Position numbers and translations under genes: made by a program. From positions 1-64,000 of IMG/VR virus record IMGVR_UViG_3300029955_000004: DNA of 64,000 nt; one strand, 5' to 3'. The DNA is from an uncultured virus (IMG/VR IMGVR_UViG_3300029955_000004). Taxonomy: Duplodnaviria; Heunggongvirae; Uroviricota; Caudoviricetes. The notes below the pieces were generated by a model. That model was not told the origin of the DNA, searched no databases, and was given only the letters and a program-made list of their open reading frames with translations. Of this stretch, positions 48,617-58,703 are shown piece by piece (position 1 is the stretch's first letter; each line of letters opens with the position of its first letter).

Positions 48617-50485
48617 TTATTTAATCTCCGTATTAACCGTATCTGGTATGATGATCTTGGAGGAATTAATGATCTTGGGAAGAACTTCCTTAAATCGTTT
48701 GATCATCTCAGAATACGTTTCAATTGGCTGTACCAATACAATATACTCAAGGTCTTCAACAGTAGGAGGAGTATCACTATAAGAAAATATAAGTGTTTTT
48801 AAAATAGTAGATTCGGAAAGATAATAAGTTTCTTTGTTATTATGAAGTCTATAGCTGAAAATTTCTTCATCAAAATTAACATCTATGAGATCTTTTCTAT
48901 CAATATCTGTATGGATAATTTCGAGAAGTTCTCTAAAGATGTGTGCGTATTGAGTAAATTTAGTACTGTATACACAGTTTAAATACATATTAGAAACACC
49001 ATCAAGAATAAATCCAGATTCAATACTAGAGAGAACAGCACCAAATGAATCTTTAATGATCTGAAAATCTGTTAAGCACTCATAACGAGCACCAGATATC
49101 GTAATAATTTTTGGTTTAACACAAACTAGCTTTCTATAGAAATTAATATATTCCCTTGCTAAGATATCATCATTGCCAGAATTAACTTGTTTATTACCAG
49201 AAGTGAGTTCTTCAATACGAGCTTTGAGTTCATCGACAAGTTCTGTATAGGGTCTAAACTTATTTCTGTTGAGATAAAATGGATGGAATCTATTGTTTGT
49301 CTTTTTATAAATATTATTGATTGTAATAAACTTGTCTTTATAATGAAACGAAGCATTCCGAATAATTGAATTCTCTAAAGGTTTATCATTCATATAGTTT
49401 TCAGCAACAGAATATTTACCAGAACAAGCAAGAATAGCTTTGAATAATAAAGCACCCTTTCCGGCCATAACATTACCCATAGCTGTAATAGGAATGATTT
49501 TGTTCTTATGTTTACGATTATAATTACGAGTAATATCATAAACTTGAGAATCAAAGTTGGGGCACATAAGAAGTAATGTATTTTTAAGTTCTTCTTCATT
49601 TGTAATTCTTGTCAAATATTCCATAACCAGTGTATAATCCATAGAACCTGGAATAAGAGCGTCTTCAATAACAAGAATATCGCATTTCTTATATATGCAC
49701 TGAGTATCTAGTTTATAGTTCATATAGTCTTGGTTAAGTGTACCGTTAAACATAAAATCATAATTTTGTTCTTCAACTGTAAATCTCTCAGAGGTTTCAA
49801 ATGGAATCTGATTAACTGTGAACATACCATTAAATTCTTCAGGTAGGGATTCGACAACATCACAGATAGCTCTAGCAATCTGATGATCGAACTTAGAAGA
49901 AATCATAGCTTGGTTATATGCAACAAAACGAATAGCTTCTTCTTTAGTAATATTAAAATGTTTAACAAGTGAAAATTCAGAATTGTCTATGGTAATGGCA
50001 CCATCTTCAATACACGATTCGATAAAATCAATAAAGGCATTTAATTCATTAATGATTTCTTTGGATGATTTAATATCATTAGAAATAATATTTAGAAATT
50101 TAAAATTCTCACGTTTAATTCTAAAGAAATGTTCAATGATACTTAGGAAAATATACATAGTCGATGTAGTACCATCTTTAGCTTTATCATCAATTCTATT
50201 TCCAATATACTTCAACAGATCAGAGATGTGATGCTGAACTCCATTAGCATATTCAATAGAACTAATAATCGTAATACCATCATTCGTAAATAAATTATTA
50301 TATTTTTCTCGATAGTTATTTCCATTAAATAAAACAATCATAGCATCAGATGCATCGGGGCCACAATGTTCTGACAAAAGATCTTTCATTTTAACACATG
50401 TATCAATAACAAAATCAACAAACTTCTTACCACTGATAATATTTAAACTATTCTTATCTCTATTCAGATTTGTTTTTTCTGACAT
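48617..50485 (-). CDS. Divergent GroEL/chaperonin-like protein
   Basis: SEHCGPDA (TLGP equivalent), FTNDGITII, KAKDGTTST (GDGTTT ATP motif), MISS and C-terminal VLVQP...; 622 aa. Confidence 0.8.
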   Translation of the reverse strand: MSEKTNLNRDKNSLNIISGKKFVDFVIDTCVKMKDLLSEHCGPDASDAMIVLFNGNNYREKYNNLFTNDGITIISSIEYANGVQHHISDLLKYIGNRIDDKAKDGTTSTMYIFLSIIEHFFRIKRENFKFLNIISNDIKSSKEIINELNAFIDFIESCIEDGAITIDNSEFSLVKHFNITKEEAIRFVAYNQAMISSKFDHQIARAICDVVESLPEEFNGMFTVNQIPFETSERFTVEEQNYDFMFNGTLNQDYMNYKLDTQCIYKKCDILVIEDALIPGSMDYTLVMEYLTRITNEEELKNTLLLMCPNFDSQVYDITRNYNRKHKNKIIPITAMGNVMAGKGALLFKAILACSGKYSVAENYMNDKPLENSIIRNASFHYKDKFITINNIYKKTNNRFHPFYLNRNKFRPYTELVDELKARIEELTSGNKQVNSGNDDILAREYINFYRKLVCVKPKIITISGARYECLTDFQIIKDSFGAVLSSIESGFILDGVSNMYLNCVYSTKFTQYAHIFRELLEIIHTDIDRKDLIDVNFDEEIFSYRLHNNKETYYLSESTILKTLIFSYSDTPPTVEDLEYIVLVQPIETYSEMIKRFKEVLPKIINSSKIIIPDTVNTEIK

Positions 50486-50912
50486 ACTTAATACCTTCCT
50501 TGTCTAATTTTTGTTTTCTTTGTTCTTCTTCATATTCTTTAATACGACGTTCATTATCTTCTATGATTATTTTTTCTAATACAGTAAATCTATGATACGT
50601 TAATTTCATAGTTTCTTTTAAGTTTAATCCAAACTTAGTATGCCATTCTGTATTGAATAAAATATTAGCTACCTTCTTATAAAGTTTATTAAACTCCCAA
50701 TGCTTAGATCTATTATGAAAACCAACATCTGACATATATGGTAATAGTGAATCAATATGAAGAGTTTCTTCATTAATAGCTTGTAATAGCGAAGTTCTTA
50801 CAATACCGTAAATACCTCTTAAATTTAATTCTCGAATAAGATTCTCTTTTTTATTAATACTTGCTTCTACTTCTTCTTGTGTAACATCATCAATCGAGTC
50901 TGCGACTGAATA
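50460..50912 (-). CDS. -1-frame extension of the 553-aa protein (annotated ORF 50460-50735 plus 59 start-less upstream codons)
   Basis: Frame stays open from the T7 slippery run (50912-50918) to the stop at 50460, with no ATG/GTG/TTG before 50735; FGLNLKETMKLT resembles tail-chaperone T extensions. Confidence 0.7.
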   Translation of the reverse strand, partial: YSVADSIDDVTQEEVEASINKKENLIRELNLRGIYGIVRTSLLQAINEETLHIDSLLPYMSDVGFHNRSKHWEFNKLYKKVANILFNTEWHTKFGLNLKETMKLTYHRFTVLEKIIIEDNERRIKEYEEEQRKQKLDKEGIKYVRKNKSE

Positions 50913-52528
50913 AAAAAAGTGGTTTCGGGGTCCACCGTATAAAACCCTTCAGAATAGGTTTCAGGAGTATGACCACAATGAGGGCAAGATTTAACCGGAT
51001 AGCAAATATGAGAAATCTCAGACTTACCAATAAACTTTTCAACATCTTGAGGAAGATTACATCCAGGATTACGCTTAAACAGAATAGATAAACCTTCATT
51101 AATAACAGATTCTTCAGTACTTTCTTTATTCACCTTACCATTCTTAACAATACGGATTTTACTAATATAGGGAACGTATGATTTAAATAAGGAATACTTC
51201 AAAGCAATATCAATTGAATCTCTACGCTCTTTATCATTATTACCATGTTCTTGTGCAATGATTTCAGAAACAAAACGACGGCCATATTCAAGATATTGTT
51301 TAATAGACGGAATACTGAATTCAAATTCAAACTGAACATTATCAGAAACAGTATAACGACCAGTGTCTTTGAACCCTAAGAGTTCTTGATACTTGGTATA
51401 CATATCAGGAGTAACAGTTTTCATGCTCTTAAGATTAAAGATATTATCAACCTTCATTTTACTAAAATCATTACGACGAAGTTTAATGATATTAATCAGT
51501 TCAGTGACAGAATTATTGCATGACGTACAAACATAAGTATAATTATAACCTTCGGGATGCATAAGCGCCGCAAGTGTCAACATAATAACAGGATAATCAG
51601 TAATCTTAATATTTGAAATAAGAGTGTCTTCGAGACGCCAATTACTCAGATTAGTCCCAACTGTAGAATCTAAGAACAGACGAGTACCTTCTTCTTTAAT
51701 AAAGAAATCATTAAACAAATAGAAAACAACACCAAGTTCACGACCATAAACATTAATAGATTCATAGGCATTATTAAAATATGCATTTAATTTATCCATA
51801 TCAGGATGTGCCAATTCAATATTAAAACCACTATTCATAAGAGGAATACGCATACAGTCACTAACTTCGAACCTGACTTCATTAAGACCGTCAATAGAAT
51901 CAATAATACGAATATCATTATGATCAGTAGGTTTAACAGTATAGCGATTACCAAGAATACCTTTACCCTTATCATCGATATATGTAGGAGCAAACATACT
52001 CTTATTTTCAATATCTTTAATAGCTAATTGTCGGCGAATAGCTTCTGTTTCAAAAGGAGTATTATTCTGAGTACCACGTACTGTATTAATAAATGCCTGA
52101 GCGACAGGATCGGTATCGATCTTATCTTCGGGAATATCACTGAAATAAGCATTCATTGCCTTAATAACATCTTCACTTTTCTGACCAATAAAATACCCTG
52201 TATTCTCAGCCATTAATTCAAAATTAGCTTTATCGACAATATCGTTTTCAGTTTCCACTGAACCATCTTCGGCGATTTCGTCGTAGAAAGGCTCAGCTTC
52301 AACATCGTCGATATCATCAGAAACAACAATAACTTTATTTTCTAAAGGAGTTTTATCAGAAGAATTATTAGTTTCATTATTTGATTCGAGTTCAGTAGTT
52401 AAAGATTCTTCATTACCACTAACGCTATTAACCACACCACCACTTCCACCATCCATGGTAAATGTTGGAGTTATTTTTAAAATATCTTTATCTAACAGAT
52501 TATCAGTTTTGTTAGGATCGTCGGACAT
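50867..52528 (-). CDS. Zn-ribbon protein (phiKZ gp77-like), candidate tail/baseplate assembly chaperone
   Basis: HPEGYNYTYVCTSC and CPHCG Cys pairs; ends DPETTFF at a slippery site; acidic N-terminus. Confidence 0.7.
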   Translation of the reverse strand: MSDDPNKTDNLLDKDILKITPTFTMDGGSGGVVNSVSGNEESLTTELESNNETNNSSDKTPLENKVIVVSDDIDDVEAEPFYDEIAEDGSVETENDIVDKANFELMAENTGYFIGQKSEDVIKAMNAYFSDIPEDKIDTDPVAQAFINTVRGTQNNTPFETEAIRRQLAIKDIENKSMFAPTYIDDKGKGILGNRYTVKPTDHNDIRIIDSIDGLNEVRFEVSDCMRIPLMNSGFNIELAHPDMDKLNAYFNNAYESINVYGRELGVVFYLFNDFFIKEEGTRLFLDSTVGTNLSNWRLEDTLISNIKITDYPVIMLTLAALMHPEGYNYTYVCTSCNNSVTELINIIKLRRNDFSKMKVDNIFNLKSMKTVTPDMYTKYQELLGFKDTGRYTVSDNVQFEFEFSIPSIKQYLEYGRRFVSEIIAQEHGNNDKERRDSIDIALKYSLFKSYVPYISKIRIVKNGKVNKESTEESVINEGLSILFKRNPGCNLPQDVEKFIGKSEISHICYPVKSCPHCGHTPETYSEGFYTVDPETTFFIQSQTRLMMLHKKK

Positions 52529-52529
52529 T

Positions 52530-53312
52530 TTACACAGTCCCTTTCTTTTTTGGGATGACGAATGATAGACACCTTACATCATACATTTCTACATAATTTT
52601 CTTCTCTTACATATGCACCATATCGAATACCAGATTCGTCTTTAACTTTATAATAAACTATATATATTTCAGTAGTGTCATTTAGTGGTTTTAAGATATT
52701 ATTACCAGCTACAAAAAGAAATGATAGCTGATTATATTCATTATTAAGATTGAGAATACTAAGCTCTTCTGGCTCTTGTTTATGAACAAAACTATTAGTA
52801 TTTTTTGGTATTGTTATTTTTACTTTAGGATTTAATGTGTTATCGAAGAATTCATTAATACTTTTTTCATATTCAGTTATAATGCTTGATATAATAAAGA
52901 ATTCGTCACATATACCACAGATACGTTTCTTAACATCATCTTTGTTAATATAAATGTTATTATCAATATGTTCAATAACAACGCCATCAAAATTCCACTT
53001 TAATTTATTCATAAAAGCTGTAAATTCATTAATATAAAAGACATAACATTTATTCTTTTTAAAATCGAATAATTTAAGGAATTCTGTGAAAATTGCTTTT
53101 TCTTCTTCATTTAATAAATTAACAACACCTATAGAAAATCGAATATCACCAAATTCAAACCTAGACGGTTTTGCATTAGATAAAAGAATATGATCATCCT
53201 TAACAAGATTAATATACATATATTGTAATTTTCTATTAAAAGGTCTTTGTAGATACTCTTGAAAAATATCTTGAAGTTTATATTTTTTTCGTTCTTTAGG
53301 TTTTTTCGTCAT
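52530..53312 (-). CDS. Hypothetical protein
   Basis: 260 aa, coupled to flanking genes. Confidence 0.7.
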   Translation of the reverse strand: MTKKPKERKKYKLQDIFQEYLQRPFNRKLQYMYINLVKDDHILLSNAKPSRFEFGDIRFSIGVVNLLNEEEKAIFTEFLKLFDFKKNKCYVFYINEFTAFMNKLKWNFDGVVIEHIDNNIYINKDDVKKRICGICDEFFIISSIITEYEKSINEFFDNTLNPKVKITIPKNTNSFVHKQEPEELSILNLNNEYNQLSFLFVAGNNILKPLNDTTEIYIVYYKVKDESGIRYGAYVREENYVEMYDVRCLSFVIPKKKGTV

Positions 53313-53589
53313 TTTTTGTAAGATTGAGTTCAGAAATTGTTTCTCTTAATTTAGCATCTACTGCATTAATACCATCATTAAGTTTAATAAGACTATCGGC
53401 AGATGTATGACTAGGTTCGGTAATCAGATTTTTCATACCATCAGAAGCAAGAGATAAAATAGTTAATGTGTCAGAGGTGGAATCAGTAACACCGAGCTTT
53501 GAAATACCATCGATAGTGTTATCGATAGTCTTCAGACGATCGGACTGATGATTGAGCTCTTTTGTGATATTTGGGCAAGTATCGACCAT
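53296..53589 (-). CDS. Hypothetical protein
   Basis: 97 aa, GAGGA RBS. Confidence 0.7.
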   Translation of the reverse strand: MVDTCPNITKELNHQSDRLKTIDNTIDGISKLGVTDSTSDTLTILSLASDGMKNLITEPSHTSADSLIKLNDGINAVDAKLRETISELNLTKNDEKT

Positions 53590-53747
53590 AGTGTCCTCTA
53601 ATTTTCAAGATGTTATTCCTCATTGGGTTCTTACGGAATCATTACCTTGGAGATTTCAGTCTTATAATGTAATATGAAAATTTATTAATATACTAATAAT
53701 TAACGAATTTATCTTATAAGAATTCTAGAATATATGCATAGGAGTTT

Positions 53748-56024
53748 GTGTTCATGCTAGAATATTTTAAACAACACGAATACAAAAAAAAGCGTACTAC
53801 ACTAGCAATTTCATATGTTCAAAATATTGTTTCGTATATTAAAACCATGAACCCTAATATGTCAGAAGACCTTATTAAAACATTTGTAACAAATTATATT
53901 AAAGAAAATATGCAAAGACCTACTATAGAAATTATTGATCATCCTTCATACGGAAATGCAGAATTAAAAACAGTTGATCTATACGACCATGTTAGAAAAC
54001 ATCAATATAAGCTTATTACTCCTTGTGGTACTATTTATCAGACTCCAGACATTAAAGAAAGTTTTCTAAAAGTAAAGATCAATAAGAATCTAGCCAAACG
54101 TAAAAAACTAAAAAACGAAATGTTAAGAGCAGGTGAAATTGGTGATGAGATTACAGCATCGAAAGCTAATTATGGACAATCACAAGTAAAGATTAATACA
54201 AATGCTATCCCAGGAGCTCATGGTTCTGAATTTAATTGTCTATCTGATGTTGCTAACTATAATGGTGTGACCTCTACTGCCAGACATGGTGTCATGTGTG
54301 GTTATGCACATACTGAGAAATTTATTAGTGGTAATTTCTATTTTCCTGATATAGAACACATTATTAATTATTGCATCTGTCTTAAAAGAATATTTAACAG
54401 AGAACAAGTAGAAAATGTTGTCAATAAATTTAATTTATATATTCCTACTGTTAAAGATATAGTTGATCATTTCTTACAAAGTACCCAATTCTATATCAGA
54501 AAAGAATTTATTGAAAGTGATATTTATGATCTTATCTCTAAGTTCGATAATATGGAAAGATGTTTTATCTTCTATGCATCGTGTTTAAAGAATATAGTTA
54601 TGTTTAATACAGAATTCTTTTTACCTTATTTAGACAAGTTCTTCGATAGGGATAATTTGATTATAGATAATGATGTTAATATTAAAAAGATTAATGACTT
54701 CAAAGGAGATCTTAAAAATGTTATTACTTCATTAAATTCTGATCTTATTGACAATTTACCATTAGAAGATGCTATCAAGGATAATCACCCTAATGTAAGA
54801 AATCTTATTACTATTGGTGATAGAATGCTTAACCATACAGATGAAATTCAAGATATTATTTCTACATTTATAACAATTGATATGGATGTTGCTGATGCTA
54901 TGGGTCATCCAAATATGATCAGGCGATGTGTCATTGCATCAGATACTGATAGTGTTATCTTTACAGTACAAGATTGGGTAAAGTGGTATACCGGACATTA
55001 TTTACAATTTAGTAAGAAAGCATTTAATATTAATGCATTTGTGGTCTTTATGTTAAGTATGTCTATTGAACATTTATTTGCAAGGTTGAGTACAAGTTTT
55101 GGTATCGTCGGAAAAGATGCTGAAAGAATTATTATGAAGAATGAATTTCTATATCCTATTATGCTCAATACCCCGTTACCAAAACATTATATCGGATTGA
55201 TTACAATTCAGGAAGGTAAGATTCTTGCTAAAATTAAACTTGATATTAAAGGTCTTACTTTAAGATCTAGTGCACATTGTTTAGAAACAAGAACCTCTAC
55301 AAATAAATTTATTGATTATGTATTAGATGGTGCAACTAAAACTGGTAGTTTGAGTGCCGAAGAAACATTTATGTTTGTTTATGAACACGAACAGACTGTT
55401 TATAAATCATTATTAAATGGTGATAAGACATTCCTAACAGTTACTCCTATTAATGAAAAAGAACAATATACAGATCCATTAGTTTCAAAATACTTTTATT
55501 ATTTATTTTGGTCTGAAGTATTTGCAGAAGAATATGGTGAGTTCTTATTACCTTCTAAAGGACACGTTGTTCATTTATTAAATAAAGGAAAGTCTATTAA
55601 ATCGGAAGCTTATTTAAATTATCTTAAAGAAAAGAATGAGAAGTTATACATCAAGCTTGTCAACTTCTTTGATAAATATCCAAACAAAAATATTAGTTTT
55701 ATTATTTTTCCATCATCTATTAAAAAGATTCCAGAAATATTTATACCATTAATTAATTATAGACGAATTGTATTTGATAATTCTACTCCTCATTATTTAA
55801 TTATTAGAAGTTTAGGTATTCCTTTTGGCGATAGTAAAGTTGGTACCATCATTAGTGATATTTATGGACAGGATCTTATTGCCGGTACGGTATCTGGAAA
55901 AAAGACTGAAGATGATAGCATGTTAGAAGATGAAGATATTACCAAATTATTAGAAGATGTTGAAGCAGAAGATAATGTTAATGATACAGAGAGTGGTGGT
56001 ACTGAAGATGATGACGAAGAGTAG
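53748..56024 (+). CDS. DNA polymerase family B, polymerase-domain subunit of a split enzyme (phiKZ gp82-like)
   Basis: QSQVKINTNAIPG (motif B), ASDTDSV (motif C), KNEF, KHY and DIKG; no exonuclease domain; acidic tail. Confidence 0.88.
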   Translation: MFMLEYFKQHEYKKKRTTLAISYVQNIVSYIKTMNPNMSEDLIKTFVTNYIKENMQRPTIEIIDHPSYGNAELKTVDLYDHVRKHQYKLITPCGTIYQTPDIKESFLKVKINKNLAKRKKLKNEMLRAGEIGDEITASKANYGQSQVKINTNAIPGAHGSEFNCLSDVANYNGVTSTARHGVMCGYAHTEKFISGNFYFPDIEHIINYCICLKRIFNREQVENVVNKFNLYIPTVKDIVDHFLQSTQFYIRKEFIESDIYDLISKFDNMERCFIFYASCLKNIVMFNTEFFLPYLDKFFDRDNLIIDNDVNIKKINDFKGDLKNVITSLNSDLIDNLPLEDAIKDNHPNVRNLITIGDRMLNHTDEIQDIISTFITIDMDVADAMGHPNMIRRCVIASDTDSVIFTVQDWVKWYTGHYLQFSKKAFNINAFVVFMLSMSIEHLFARLSTSFGIVGKDAERIIMKNEFLYPIMLNTPLPKHYIGLITIQEGKILAKIKLDIKGLTLRSSAHCLETRTSTNKFIDYVLDGATKTGSLSAEETFMFVYEHEQTVYKSLLNGDKTFLTVTPINEKEQYTDPLVSKYFYYLFWSEVFAEEYGEFLLPSKGHVVHLLNKGKSIKSEAYLNYLKEKNEKLYIKLVNFFDKYPNKNISFIIFPSSIKKIPEIFIPLINYRRIVFDNSTPHYLIIRSLGIPFGDSKVGTIISDIYGQDLIAGTVSGKKTEDDSMLEDEDITKLLEDVEAEDNVNDTESGGTEDDDEE

Positions 56025-56042
56025 GGCTTTTAGCCCTACTCT
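56018..56042 (+). terminator. Hairpin overlapping the polymerase stop codon
   Basis: AGAGTAGGGCT-TTT-AGCCCTACTCT. Confidence 0.7.
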
Positions 56043-56104
56043 CTTATTTCAATAATAGAAAAAAATATACTATGACATCCTCAAACATAAGAGGTATACC
56101 TTCT

Positions 56105-57208
56105 ATGATTCAGACTGAGACATATGAAAACTTTATATCTAGATTATGTACAGTTTCAAAAAATGTAAGAGATGCTATTGAAAGTCAGTCTTATTTATTA
56201 TCCCACGATCCAGATAGTGTTACCGATGATGATATTTTGTATTATGCATTAGATATTATTCTAGATGATTTTAATCAATTAGGTATTGAATTCAATTGTA
56301 ATAGAAATGATATGTTTTCTAACGCTTTACATATTGAATTATTTATTACATTAGCTGAAATTACAAATGCTACCACTTTATATTTATCTATGAAAGATAT
56401 GGATTTTAAAACAATTATACGATCCATTCTTACAGATGGTGGCCCCGAAACATCAACAGTTGGCGATCTATTACATTTTGTTGGTGTCGTAAATGAAAAG
56501 ACAAGAGAGACTTTATATAGTTGTTATGAATACCTTATTGATAAAGTATCATCATCTCAGATCTTTGATATGTATTTAGATGGTTTGTTAAAGATAGATG
56601 ATAGTTCGATTGAATTTGAAATCGATAATGAATATGTTACTAGATTTATGAGAAGGACATATTCTGTCTCTAGACTTTATAATAGTTTGATTTCTGCTTT
56701 TAATATTCAATTTAGAAATAAATTCGACATTGATATTCTCTATGTACTGGTCGAGATGCATATTAATTTTATAACATCAAAAGATAATGTTAATCAGTTT
56801 GCTTGGCTTGATGCGGTTACTATAGATAAAGTCGGTGGTAATACTATTCTTATCAACGCCCTTATTACCAAATATCAATATACGTTGAATACACTATCTC
56901 CTTTATGTATTGGGTATTATAAGGATAAACCTACATTTAATAAACAAACTATATGTCTCATTATTCTATTATCTTCTATTGTAAATACAATCTATGAATT
57001 TTCACATATAAATAAAGAAACTTCTAAAGATGTATATATTAAAAATATTTTAGACAACTATAAAGAAAGAATTACAGAAGCTACTGAAAATAACATATTT
57101 ACAAATGTATTAGAAATGTTGGATATGAAATATGTAAATCAGATCATGGATATTGTTAGATTATTTGACTTTAGTACATTCTTTAGTGCACAGGAAAACA
57201 TTAAATGA
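56105..57208 (+). CDS. Hypothetical protein
   Basis: Probable start at 56105 after AGAGGT; ATGA overlap with the next gene. Confidence 0.7.
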   Translation: MIQTETYENFISRLCTVSKNVRDAIESQSYLLSHDPDSVTDDDILYYALDIILDDFNQLGIEFNCNRNDMFSNALHIELFITLAEITNATTLYLSMKDMDFKTIIRSILTDGGPETSTVGDLLHFVGVVNEKTRETLYSCYEYLIDKVSSSQIFDMYLDGLLKIDDSSIEFEIDNEYVTRFMRRTYSVSRLYNSLISAFNIQFRNKFDIDILYVLVEMHINFITSKDNVNQFAWLDAVTIDKVGGNTILINALITKYQYTLNTLSPLCIGYYKDKPTFNKQTICLIILLSSIVNTIYEFSHINKETSKDVYIKNILDNYKERITEATENNIFTNVLEMLDMKYVNQIMDIVRLFDFSTFFSAQENIK

Positions 57209-58653
57209 TTAATACAGCCAAACATAATTTTATTTTAAACTATGTCAGAAACTTTCTTATATTAGATTTTCTTATTGATGTGTTTACGGAAAGTCAAAAG
57301 ACTAAAGCAATAGTTATAGAAAATGTTGGTTCTGATGGTAGTGTTAAAGTACAAGTAGAGGGAGACGATACATATCTGTATAAAGGAAAATTATTAAATG
57401 TATTAGGTCAACTTTATTATATATTTTCATTTACAGAAAATAATGATTTTGAATCATTAATCGACAATAATGAAACTGATATAACATACGATCCTTATTA
57501 CAATATGGGTATTTATAAGAATAAGAACATTAATAATATTATTTGCTATCCATTAAACATGACAGCGTCCGGTTTATTTTTTGGTTATGGTGATCATATT
57601 CTTATTACAAAAAATGATATTGTAAATGTACCAGATGGAGAACAAATAGAAACATCTATTGGTAGATTGCTTCTTAATTATGTATGGTTAGCAGATCCAT
57701 TTGGTGATATTATTCCTTACATGAATAACACTATTCGCCCTAAAAAAGATATCGATCCCCTTATTGTTACATTACTGATTGAAGGTAAAATTAAAGTTGA
57801 TCAGGCGTATGCTTACTCAAGAAATCTTTATTATTTACAAAGAACCGAATTAGCAGTTCCTGCTTTTACTAAAAAATCTATTTGTATTAATCCTGCTATT
57901 ATCAAGAGACGAGACGAACTCTTAATAGAATATGCCGAAGAGATTAAAAATGGTAATGCTATTGTTATGAATAAAATAGAAGAAGAACTTGTTAGAATGG
58001 ACAAAGAAGATATTAGTACTGACGTAAGTGCTGTCTTTTATGATCATGATAGTAAGTCATACGAAAATCACAGAAAAAATATGTTTATTACTGTTGGTGC
58101 TGTTAATAAGTTTGGTGATGAATCTAACTATAACTTTATTGATAATAATATCGATGAAGGTTGGGACTTTAAGAATTTTGCTACTATCTGTAATGAAATT
58201 AGACGCGGTTCTTTTGGCCGAGCAAAAGAAACAGCTAAGGGTGGTGAAGAATCTAAATTTCTTATTCGTATTTTTCAGAATACAAGAATTATTGAAGATA
58301 CCTGTGATTCTACTAGACACTTGACTCTTGAATTAACTAAGGATAATATTAAAGATTATTATTATAGAAATGTATTATCTCAAGATAATAAAACATACGA
58401 AACCATATATCCTGAAAATGTATCAAAGTTTGTTAATAGAACTATTAAGATGAGATCTCCCCAGACATGCTCTACTAAAAATGGTTATTGTTATTCTTGC
58501 TGTGGTGAAGACTTTAGACAGATGAATCAAGAAATTATGACTATGAATGCTATTACTGTCGGTACTGAATTCCTTAATCTATCAATGAAGGCTATGCATC
58601 AAGCATCGCTTGGATTATTTGAAGTAACATCTGTTAATAAATACCTATATTAG
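57205..58653 (+). CDS. Virion RNA polymerase beta' C-terminal subunit (phiKZ gp80-like)
   Basis: ETSIGRLLLN, bridge-helix-like RRGSFGRAKETAKGG, IIEDTC, Zn site MRSPQTC...CYSCCG and trigger-loop-like SMKAMH. Confidence 0.9.
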   Translation: MINTAKHNFILNYVRNFLILDFLIDVFTESQKTKAIVIENVGSDGSVKVQVEGDDTYLYKGKLLNVLGQLYYIFSFTENNDFESLIDNNETDITYDPYYNMGIYKNKNINNIICYPLNMTASGLFFGYGDHILITKNDIVNVPDGEQIETSIGRLLLNYVWLADPFGDIIPYMNNTIRPKKDIDPLIVTLLIEGKIKVDQAYAYSRNLYYLQRTELAVPAFTKKSICINPAIIKRRDELLIEYAEEIKNGNAIVMNKIEEELVRMDKEDISTDVSAVFYDHDSKSYENHRKNMFITVGAVNKFGDESNYNFIDNNIDEGWDFKNFATICNEIRRGSFGRAKETAKGGEESKFLIRIFQNTRIIEDTCDSTRHLTLELTKDNIKDYYYRNVLSQDNKTYETIYPENVSKFVNRTIKMRSPQTCSTKNGYCYSCCGEDFRQMNQEIMTMNAITVGTEFLNLSMKAMHQASLGLFEVTSVNKYLY

Positions 58654-58703
58654 AAAAATAATCTTATAGTAACACGAAACCAACAAAGAGAAAGATCAGA
58701 AAT

